Assembly: GCA_045837725.1 (NCBI GenBank)
Contig: JBEWZL010000151.1
Location: 124,001-188,000 of the forward strand
Origin: Vermamoeba vermiformis
Lineage: Eukaryota
Reading direction: 5' to 3'
DNA: 64,000 bases
Part shown: positions 25,401-35,545 of the stretch, piece after piece
How positions within the stretch are numbered: the first letter of the stretch is position 1
Layout of the letters: every line of letters begins with the position of its first letter
Made by a program: the position numbers and the translations under genes
The notes under the pieces: model-generated
Told to the model about the DNA's origin: nothing
Database searches by the model: none
Seen by the model: only the letters and a program-made list of their open reading frames with translations

Positions 25401-28041
25401 CGAATCCCGTTATTGCAATCGCACCAGGTGCCGTGCCCTTCGTAATACTCCGCATCAGACGAATGTTCTCGGTGATCGGATCGTTCTCGTATGCAGCTGT
25501 GAGGTACAACTGAAAACAGATCTGTTAGCCAAGAGCAAAGTTCGTGCACGAGGTGAGTCACGTACCCAACAGTCCACATCACGGGCCTGTGCTTGGCTGC
25601 GCTTAAGTCGATAATCCTCTGCGAATGTTTTGCTGTCAATGTTCCAACCAGGAGTGTCCATGAAAGAGATGTACTTCAACAACGGCTTGTCCAAGTACAA
25701 CTTGACCTTCTTGACTATGTCAGCGACTGAAGCGTCGCCCTTCTTATCCTCCAATTTGATAAACTTGAGCACTTCTTCTAGTTTATCGAGCTCGACTCTG
25801 CTTTCTGTTTGGTGTTGCTCGAACAGCGTAATCAAGAGCTGCTTCCTCGCTTTCAATCGTTGTTCGTGCTGTTGTAAACTCTCGATACGCTTAGCTCGTT
25901 CATCAGCAGTCATACCCAACTCTTCAGCAGCGGACTTTTCGAGTACGTGCAAGTCCCTAACACGACTTAGAAACGTGATATTGCGATGACAAAATACTTA
26001 CTTGGAAGCGTGAGCTATCTCTCGGTCAAACGGTGCAATGACCTCGCTGAACTCCTCTGGCGAAATGAACACGACTTCGGCCATTTCTGTTCGTCGCGTG
26101 CCCGAGGCATTGTAACCGCCATCCTGGCAGTAATCCATGTGCGAGATTTCTGTCGTGGCACCTGTACTTTCTCTGATACTCGTAAACACGAGCATTTCTC
26201 CCAGTAGCGTGTTGAGCATTGTACTTTTGCCTACTGAAGGTGCACCAAAGAACGACACTAAGAACGGTCTCTTGAAGATTGCCTCTGCCACGGCGACGTT
26301 ATAAAATAGCCCATCCTCTTCATTTCTTGCTCCTAAGATTCGTTGATAATCTTTTTCGAACTCCCTGGCAATATCTTCGAGTTCTAATCTTCAGTTAGTC
26401 ACGGTTGTCATTTCCAACAAATAACTAACCTGATAAAGGCTTGAGCTCGTGCAACATGAATTCTTCGAAGTCGAGTAACGACGGAACTGTAGTGTCAACT
26501 TTAGGTTGAATTAGTCTCTGAGCGGACTCTGCCTTTGGATTGAAGTTTAAAGCGTAGTACAAGAACATCAAGCCAACATCCACTTCACGCTGAGGGCCGA
26601 CGATAGACAAAATTAGCTCTTTCTTGCGAATAGCGTTTGCAAGCGCTAGTTTGTCCTTCAAAGATAACACCGTGACGATATGTTTCTAAAACCGATTGGT
26701 AAGTACTATCCGATAAAATCTATGCAAAGAGAAGTACTTACGAGCGCTTGATTCAACGCCATACAGAGCCATCGGAATGGGATGACAATGGGCTGAGCAG
26801 CTGTACTCGTTGTCACCCTGATGACTCGCTTCTCGATTGAAATGACAGCAACCTTTGCAGACACGGAAAGTCTCCGTGGCTCCGCAGAAGCGTTCTTTGC
26901 CATTTTGACGTCGTCGATGATTCTATCTATGAACTGTTTGTAGTGCTCCAAAGAAGTTCTCATTATCTTTAAGGCACGGAAGCACATATCAAGCGCCAAG
27001 AGGTATGACAGATTGTGCGTCAGAGACTCGGGCGAGTTGAACACTTTCGACAGGTCTTGTTGTCGTGACCGCTCACTCTCTGAAATACTCTCGGGGTCCC
27101 TGAACAACAAGCTCGACATCTTCGAATGCAAAGATTAGTCATTGGTTGCTAAACAATGATATCGAGTACCTTGAACGCCGTGGCAAACTGTGCCAGTGAG
27201 GCGTTTGACTCGGGCGGAGATGCTAACACGACACCCTTGATATTGGACAACATTGCCTTATGTTCGTTCAAGCTAATGATGACTAGCAACTGCTTTACAA
27301 TGGCCTCCGGTAAAGCTCCTTCTGCTACAAATACGAGTGGTCGCTTGCCCAACTGCGAGACAAAATTGCAAATAAGAAATAATGATGATATTGGTGAATA
27401 TTAAAATATTAATTACCTCGTTATCAGTGCAAAGACGTTTGAATAAAAATTGACTCATCGTTGTTAACGGAAATTGAGATCCAACGTAGTCTCCATTTAT
27501 ATCGGTCCAAGACACTATTTCCTCAATTAATAGATGAAATATATATATATAGTGGTGCATACCGTTTAGTATTCTTGTTTCTAGACCGAAAATGGAAAAT
27601 TTAGAGGCAAGATCAGCCGAAGCGTTTACCAGTACAATATCCAACAAAAATTCATCCGTTAGCTCCACAATATCAACATCGAAGCCTATAATAATATTAG
27701 CGAATTATTCTAATAAGATTTTGCGAGCAAACTCAATTCTAAAATTGTACAAGATCTGAATTTTAAAATTTAATTGAAAAATAATTCGGCTACTATCGGC
27801 ACTTACCAATGAACGGCTCCACGGGCTCGTTATTATCGACGGAATTGCTATCCGATAAAGCATCTGTTCTGGATGTAGTTGTACCAGCGTCAGTATCGAC
27901 GGATTCATCCAAGGCCTCCAACTTAAATATTGTAGCCGATAACGAGCCTTAAAATATCATTTAATTAGTAATACAATAATCAGCAATAGCGAAACTGAAC
28001 TTACGCTTCGGCTCAGGGGAGTTGGACATACGAATAGACAT
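22476..28041 (-). CDS. Large multi-exon protein: degenerate SERAC1-like alpha/beta-hydrolase region plus dynamin-like GTPase domain and helical C-terminus
   Basis: The exon junctions checked splice in frame. GTPase motifs are GAPSVGKST (G1), TGATT (G2), FMDTPGW (G3) and ITGFD (G4-like). The N-terminal region has LGKRPLVFVA...IVKQLL...IKGVVLASPP. The start is 28041 or 28029. Confidence 0.72.
24596..24666 (-). tRNA. tRNA-Gly (anticodon TCC)
   Basis: 71-nt cloverleaf: GCGTGCA/TGCACGC acceptor stem, CCAGC-CTTCCAA-GCTGG anticodon arm, CCGGG-TTCGACT-CCCGG T arm, followed by a T-run terminator. Confidence 0.97.
25143..25376 (-). repeat. tRNA-intron cassette, copy A (inverted relative to 32846-33084)
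   Basis: AG|GTAAGCA donor, 62-nt leader, tRNA and ~100-nt pyrimidine-rich trailer all align with the RNR1 intron. Confidence 0.92.
25242..25312 (-). tRNA. tRNA-Gly (anticodon TCC)
   Basis: Identical 71-nt sequence to the other two copies, with a downstream T-run. Confidence 0.97.
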
Positions 28042-28877
28042 TTATGCTCTTCTATTCATAAGGGCTTATTTTAGTATCATATATGTGTCTATTCAACGAT
28101 GCGTTTGATTTTTTTAAAATGGCAACAACTCCGCTTGAATATTTAGGCGTGCTATTTTAGGTTAGCCCGCAGTATTTGTTCGACCTTTCTTAAACCACAA
28201 CCACAATACTAATAGCATAGTAACACGTGCAGTAGAAGCTGCATGACCTAGCAAATAGGTCATTGGATCGGATTTGGTTCAACCAAAAATAGGCCTAGTG
28301 CAAGATTTTGAGCTGAAATATTCACTGTGCAATCAATAAGTTCTTGATAATTGTTGTATGGCTATGATTTTGAATCACGGTAATATTTAGGGCAAAATTA
28401 GAAATTATTTGTTCAAATGATAAATACTTAAACATTATTACTTGGACCGCTTAAATTAAATTTATTACCTGTAATTTATTCTATGATTATCATTTAATCG
28501 GCGTAAAATGAGCATCCACGTCAAGATTTAGCTTGTTGATTTGGCGCCTGCCTTCGATGACAGCGCTGATCATTGTAATTCCGTGAGGCAAAGTAAAGCA
28601 TAATGCAAGAACAATACCACGCTTCGAGCGACGTGTGGTGTAAAACCGCATGGAAGGGGAATCTGACACGACCGATTTTTTGGCGTGTCACCGTCAGCAT
28701 GCAACAGCCATGCAATGCCCGAGTATCTATACTCACTAGGGCTGTACCTCTCGTATTCTCCGGGTGATTAAGTCAACCAGAGGTTCGCATCTGTCTACAA
28801 TAAAAAGGGTGGATTTATTATTATTATACAACAAATCCAAATATTATATTACATGTGCTACTGTACAAATAGCTATT

Positions 28878-30065
28878 TTAGAAGTCAGCGTCGAGAGTGA
28901 AGATGGCGTTATCAGCGCTGGAGCTGGTGACACCGGCCTTTTGGTACTCGGCAACACGTCGCTCGAAGAAGTTGGTCTTGCCTTGCAAGGAGATGAGCTC
29001 CATCCAGTCGAAGGGGTTGGTAGCGTTGTACTTCTTATTGTAGCCCAAAGACAACAACAAACTACGAGGTAGGCGTTAGCAAGGAGGATCGAAATGAAAA
29101 GCCCGCCAAAATATTTCGTGGAAATTTGACCGTTGAGTTTAATGAACTTACCGATCAGCGCAGAACTCGATGTACTGTTGCATCAAGACAGCATTCATGC
29201 CAATAAGGGCAACGGGGAGGGCATCGGTAACGAATTCCTTCTCGGACTCGACAGCGTCGCTGATAATTCGGTGCACGGTAGATTCAGGCAATCTGTTCTT
29301 GAGCATTCCATAAAGGAGGCAAGCGAAGTCGCAGTGCAAGCCCTCGTCTCTGCTAATTAATTCGTTGGAGAAAGTGAGGCCGGGCATCAAACCACGCTTC
29401 TTCAACCAGAAGATGGAGCAGAACGATCCTGAGAAAAAGATTCCTTCGACAGCAGCAAAGGCAATCAAACGCTCAGCGAACGAGTCTGCGTTGTTGATCC
29501 ATCGAAGAGCCCATTCGGCCTTTTTCTTGACGCAAGGAACCTTGATAAAAAATAAATATCAGTAATTTGACCTAGATGAGCTTACAAAATGCGATATCGC
29601 GTGATTAAATAATGTACAAAAATAGTAGATAATATTACTTACAGTTTCGATGGCATTGAAAAGTCGGTCTTTTTCTACTGGATTCTTAACGTAAGTATCG
29701 ATCAGAAGCGAGTAAGTCTCAGAGTGAATATTCTCGATGGCAATTTGGAAGCCATAGAAGCAACGAGCCTCGGGAATTTGAACCTCGCGCATGAACTGGC
29801 CTGCGAGATTCTCGTTGACGATACCATCTGAAGCAGCAAAGAAGGCCAAGACGTGCGAAATGAAGTGGCGCTCGTTGTCGTTGAGCTTGAGGGCCCAATC
29901 GTTAATATCAGCAGACAAGTCGATTTCTTCGGCGGTCCAGAAGCTAGCTTCAGCCTTTTTGTACATGGACCAGATCTGCGGGTATTGAATAGGGAACAAT
30001 ACGAATCGCTTCTTGTTCTCTTGAAGGAGAAGCTCTTCCTTTTCTAAAGCCTTGATATTGCTCAT
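28878..30065 (-). CDS. RNR2: Ribonucleoside-diphosphate reductase small subunit (class Ia R2); exons 30065-29643, 29540-29152, 29061-28878
   Basis: [60 protein letters not shown] and C-terminal FTLDADF. Confidence 0.98.
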
Positions 30066-30363
30066 CGCGTTCGGATGTGTGTTTCCAGGTATTTCTAAAT
30101 TGACAGAATTAATTTGTTCCGTTCAATTTTTTTTACTTATACCACGCGGCACGTGATTTTTCAGCCGACCAATCACATCGCTCCGTTTTCCGCGGCCACG
30201 TGGCCTCAGATCTATCCGTTACGGAACAAAGTTCTCGAAAAAGAAACGGTCAGAATGTTCTATCTCCAGAATACGCGCGAAAAAAAAAGTCAAAAACCAT
30301 TCGCCGCCGACAAATATATTAACGTTTACTTTTTATTACTGCTCAACACAAGACCAGAAACAG
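30066..30363. promoter_or_regulatory. Bidirectional promoter shared by RNR2 and RNR1
   Basis: 298 bp between divergent ATGs. Contains CACGTG (30150), CCAAT (30169), TTTTCCGCGG (30186), the palindrome GGCCACGTGGCC (30194-30205) and the E2F-like CGCGCGAAAA (30274). Confidence 0.65.
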
Positions 30364-33300
30364 ATGTACGTGATCAAGCGTGACGGTCGTAAGGAGGAGG
30401 CAAGTATCAAATTGATACGCTGAATGGCGTGTAATATGCTTCATCGATGGGCTTATTATTAATATATTGGTTTATTATAGGTTAAATTCGACGAGATTAC
30501 TGCTCGTTTGAAATACCTCGTCGAGATGGCGCCAAGACTTCCTGAAGCCGTGGATCCTGTCCTCGTTGCTCAAAAGGTTGTTTTGGGTGTCCACCCTGGT
30601 GTAAAAACTACCGAACTCGATAAATTGGCCGCTGAGACCGCTGCCTACATGAGCACAACTCATCCTGGTAAGGATCGGTTTTTTTGAAATTAATTAAATA
30701 ATACTTTCTTAGTTTGCTAATAAAATTATTAATCGCAAACAATTAAATATAGGCTATGCTGATTTGGCTGCCCGTATTGCCATCTCTAATTTGCACAAGG
30801 AAACTAGCGCTTCCTTCGCGGAAACGATCGAGAAGATGTACAAGTAAGTGGCGCTTAATCAACTTGATTTATTTGTTATACGCGGAAATATAAGATATTT
30901 GTGGCGAATAGATATAATTTAATCGTGATGCCACGCGATTTAAACTTTTCCCCGCGCAAAGTAGCCGTTTTCTGTATTCTCGATCTTGTGACTAACCCGC
31001 GCACTTCAGGTATGTGAACCCCAAGACCGAACAACACAGTCCCTTGATCGCCGATGATGTCTACAGAATTGTTATGGCCAACAAGGACACTTTGGAAGCC
31101 GCTATTGACTACAGACGCGACTTCGAGTACGAATACTTCGGATACAAGACCTTGGAGCGCTCTTACTTGACCAAGCTTAACGGACAGATCGTCGAGAGAC
31201 CTCAACACTTGTTGGTAAGTAGCTCGTTGACGTACACGGAGTAATGGGCTCGATCTAATCCGTTTGACAGATGCGTGTCGCTGTTGGTATTCACAAGGAA
31301 GACATGGAGTCTGCTATTAAGACTTACAACTATATGTCTGGCAAGTGGTTCACTCACGCCACTCCCACTTTGTTCAACGCTGGTACTCCCATCCCTCAGA
31401 TGTCCTCGTGCTTCTTGTTGACCATGAAGGGCGACAGCATCGAAGGCATCTACGAGACTTTGAAGCAATGCGCTTTGATCTCCAAGAGCGCTGGTGGTAT
31501 TGGTCTCAGCGTTCACAACATTCGCGCTGCCAACAGCTACATCCGTGGTACCAACGGTACTTCCAACGGTCTCGTGCCTATGCTCAGAGTGTTCAATGAC
31601 ACTGCTCGCTACGTCGACCAAGGTGGAGGTAAACGCAAGGGTGCCTTCGCCATCTACTTGGAGCCTTGGCACGCAGATATCTTCGACTTCCTTGACCTCA
31701 GAAAGAACCACGGCAAGGACGAACAACGTGCCAGAGACTTGTTCTTCGGGCTTTGGGTCCCTGACTTGTTCATGAAGAGAGTCGAAGCCAACGGCAACTG
31801 GTCTTTGATGTGCCCTAATGAATGCCCGGGTCTCTGCGACTCTTGGGGTGAGGAATTCGAGCGATTGTACGAGAAGTACGAAAACGAAGGCAAGGCTCGT
31901 CGCACTGTCAAGGCTCAAGACCTCTGGTTTGCCATCGTCGAATCTCAAATCGAGACTGGTACTCCCTACATGCTCTACAAGGACGCCTGCAACGGCAAGT
32001 CCAACCAACAGAACTTGGGTACCATCCGCTCATCCAACTTGTGCACTGAAATCATCGAGTACACCGCTCCTGATGAGGTCGCCGTTTGCAACTTGGCTTC
32101 CATTGCTTTGCCCAAGTTCAGCAAGGAGGGTCACTTCGATCACGACAAGTTGTACGAGATCACTTATCACTTGACTGGCAACTTGAACAAGATCATCGAC
32201 TTGAACTACTACCCCGTTCCTGAGGCCCGCAACTCGAACATGAGACACAGACCCATCGGTTTGGGTATTCAAGGTTTGGCTGACGTATTCATGGAGCTTC
32301 GCATGCCTTTCGAGAGCCCTGAGGCCCGTCAACTCAACAAAGAGATCTTCGAGACTATCTACTTCGCTGCCTTGACTGCCTCCAAGGACTTGGCCAAGAA
32401 GCACGGTCACTACGAGACTTTCCCTGGCTCTCCTGCCAGCAAGGGTATTCTCCAACCTGACATGTGGGGCGTCGTTCCTTCTTCCCGCTGGAACTGGAAC
32501 CAATTGAAGGACGAGATCAAGACTCACGGTCTTCGTAACTCTTTGCTCGTCGCTCCTATGCCCACTGCTTCTACTTCTCAGATCTTGGGCAACAACGAGT
32601 GCTTCGAGCCCTACACTTCCAACATGTACACTCGCCGTGTCTTGGCTGGTGAGTTCACCGTTATCAACAAGTACTTGCTCCGCGACTTGATGGAGCTTGG
32701 CTTGTGGAACGATGACATCAAGAACAAGATCGTCGCTGAAGGTGGTTCCATCCAAAACATCTCCGAGATTCCTCAAGACTTGAAGGAGTTGTACAAGACT
32801 GTTTGGGAGATCAAGCAACGTTCTTTGATCGATATGGCTGCGGATAGGTAAGCAAGCATTTTCCTTTAGCCACGAGGCACTCAGCGTTGGCGTTTCCGAA
32901 ATCAACCAAGCGTGCATGGTGTAACGGTAACATACCAGCCTTCCAAGCTGGTGTCCCGGGTTCGACTCCCGGTGCACGCAAATAGTTTTTTGCCTTTTTC
33001 GTTTTTGAATATCTCGGGCTGTTTCTCTTTTTGTCGCTTTTGCTCCTTCTTTCCGAGTGCTATTTCATTTACCTCTTTGAAACCGGATCTGACCCTTTTG
33101 TTTGCAGAGGTGCTTTCATTGATCAATCTCAATCCTTCAATGCGTTCATTGCTCAACCCAATGCTGCTAAGCTCACTTCCATGCACTTCTACGCCTGGAA
33201 GAAGGGTCTCAAGACTGGCATGTACTATCTCCGTACCAGACCTGCTGCTGAGGCGATCAAGTTCACTGTCGATCAGGCCAAGTTGAAGGCTCCTGTTACC

Positions 33301-33414
33301 GAACAACGACCTGCCGCTTCACCTGTTAAGGCTGAACCTAAGGCTGCTTCATATGAAGACGAAGACGGCCCTGTCTGCACCATGAAGGAGGGTTGCTTGA
33401 CCTGCGGATCTTAA
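30364..33414 (+). CDS. RNR1: Ribonucleoside-diphosphate reductase large subunit (class Ia R1); exons 30364-30399, 30481-30667, 30753-30843, 31010-31214, 31271-32847, 33108-33414
   Basis: ATP-cone [51 protein letters not shown] and C-terminal CLTCGS. Intron 1 is GC-AG. Confidence 0.98.
32848..33107 (+). other. 260-nt final intron of RNR1 containing a tRNA-Gly gene (cassette copy B)
   Basis: GAT AG|GTAAGC...TTTGCAG|A GGT restores the conserved [15 protein letters not shown]. Confidence 0.95.
32910..32980 (+). tRNA. tRNA-Gly (anticodon TCC)
   Basis: Identical 71-nt cloverleaf followed by AATAGTTTTTT, a Pol III-type terminator. Confidence 0.97.
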
Positions 33415-33705
33415 GATCTCAAACTTGCGCTTTTGTATTGTAGCATCGACTAATATCGAAACTACAATAAACTATGTATAAAACTGTTTAATATTACACG
33501 TGTTTGTGCCGGTCCAATAACAATTTTTAACCGCGTTGATCTCTGGTCCCGTTTTCGGTCGTACCAAAGAAAGAAGGCTAGTTGCCATAATCGTAACATA
33601 CGCTATTGCATTGCAATACAAATTAATATTTCAGCACGGCGGCGCAGCCAAGCAGGAGCGTCCATCTCAGCATTTCTATTTTTGTTATTAATATCTACGA
33701 CCACA

Positions 33706-35342
33706 ATGATGCAACACAGATTATTACTGTTATCATTATTACTGCTAGTTACAGCTGGTATTCATGCGGAGTTGAGATTTAGTCCAAGCAAGCTGGAAAA
33801 GGAGTTTCACATCCCTCTGAAAGGACATCTCAGATCAGATGATGTTGAATTGAGGGATTCGAGATATAATACCTTTAGCTGGAAGATTAAACAAAAAAAT
33901 TACGACTGTAACTAGATTTTTTTTAATTTTCCAATTTTCGAAAAATAATAATTTCGCAGGTAACCCTATATCTTTATCACCAACGAGTGGAGAATATACG
34001 TCTAGCCAAAGAATAAGCATATCATATGATGAAAGCGCATTGCGTCGTACAGGTTCGTTTGAATGTCAGATCGTAATTGGAAACCGAACCGTCAATGCAC
34101 TGGCAGAGCTGTGGATTAAATACAAAGTAATTTCAGGTATGAAAATGTTCTGTTGTTGCTGGAATATTGAATTTTTATTAATTAACGTCAGATTACTGCT
34201 ACGACCAAACGAATCCGGATTTCTATTGCCAAAAAGAGACCCCTCATACCCATTGCGATTTAACATCTGGAAACTGTGTATGCGATAAGAATTACTACGG
34301 CCAGTCTTGTACACGCTACTGTAACACTACAACTTGCGCGCACGGAACTTGCAACACTGGATCTGGCACCTACGAACCACTTTGTAATTGCCAGGTAATT
34401 TCTAGTCAATTTCAATGTTATACATATCTAATAGTATTATTTAGAGCAATTATTATGGTACAAAGTGCGATGTTTTTTGTAACGCCGCTTTGAACTGCAG
34501 TAGCTCAAATGCTCATTGCAACCCAAAAGGTGCTTGCGTCTGCGATGATAATTATTACGGAAAGGTATAATATATATTGCTATATAGTAGCTTGTTTGTT
34601 TAACGATCGTATTTTTTCTCAGGATTGTGAGATCTACTGTTCGCCGGCTGTTACGTGCAAGTACGGTGGCATTTGTACCGACCAAGGCGAATGCAAATGT
34701 GATACAGGTAGATACGGTAAGCATTGCGAGTATATAGAGTGTCCTACTTGCATTCATGGAACTTGCAATAATCAAACTGGTACTTGCGAATGCGAAAAGA
34801 ATTATTATGGAGATAATTGCGCGAATTTTTGCAATCAAACGCTTTGTGGCTATCATGGCAAGTGTAATTTTACAGGCGAATGTAGCTGCGATTTATATTG
34901 GCACGGAAAATATTGCGCCAAGTATTGCAACGTGTTTGAATGTGGATCTCGTGCGTTTTGTAACGCAACTTTTGATTGTCAATGCAGAGAGAATTATTAT
35001 GGCGACAATTGCTATGTTTTCTGCGCACAAAATATGAATTGCTTTCATGGTATTTGCAATTCGACTGGTGGATGTGAGTGCAACGAAAATTATTTCGGCG
35101 AACAGTGTGAACGATACTGCGTTGCAGAAGATACTTGCAGCGGTCGCGGAAAATGCGATAATAAGACAGGAGCGTGCATTTGTGACGACGAATATATGGG
35201 ACCTGGATGTGGGGTTACAAAGACGACTTTTTGGTTGGCGTTTAGTGGAGTAGCCTGTGGTATTACTATCATCGCCGTCGTAATAATTATCGTTATTCGA
35301 AGAAAACGAGCTAAAAAACTCGTGTTTGAGGTCATTAACTAA
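33706..35342 (+). CDS. Type I membrane protein with tenascin-like EGF repeats
   Basis: Signal peptide, repeated CxxxGxC...CxCxxxxxGxxC units, TM FWLAFSGVACGITIIAVVIIIVI and a basic tail. Confidence 0.85.
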
Positions 35343-35545
35343 GTACTTTCGGCGGTACACGAGCCTGACCTACTTTAGAAGTCAATTTTATGCTTTAATA
35401 TATAAAAATATAAACCCTTCCATAGTATTGTATTGGTTCTCTAAGAATTTATTAAAGGACGTTTCTACGATCCTTTTTCGGATCGGATCGGTACGAAAAT
35501 GTTGCGTTTAATTTAAATCATTTTATTTTTAATGTACAGTCCTAT

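Noticed and set aside
31202-32977. Long antisense ORFs (268 aa and 315 aa) opposite RNR1
   Set aside because: They are shadows of RNR1's strong codon bias, have no recognisable domains, and one starts inside the tRNA.
24596-32980. tRNA copies as SINE heads or pseudogenes
   Set aside because: All three are identical and fully paired, with T-run terminators, no poly-A tail and no long target-site duplications.
24470-33286. Repeated ORFs starting [13 protein letters not shown] or [10 protein letters not shown]
   Set aside because: These are translations of the tRNA-Gly sequence and its flanks, not a protein family.
19067-33414. Endogenous giant-virus segment (adjacent RNR subunits, ankyrin and F-box genes)
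   Set aside because: The genes have many spliceosomal introns and host-like codon use, and no capsid, packaging ATPase or viral polymerase is visible.
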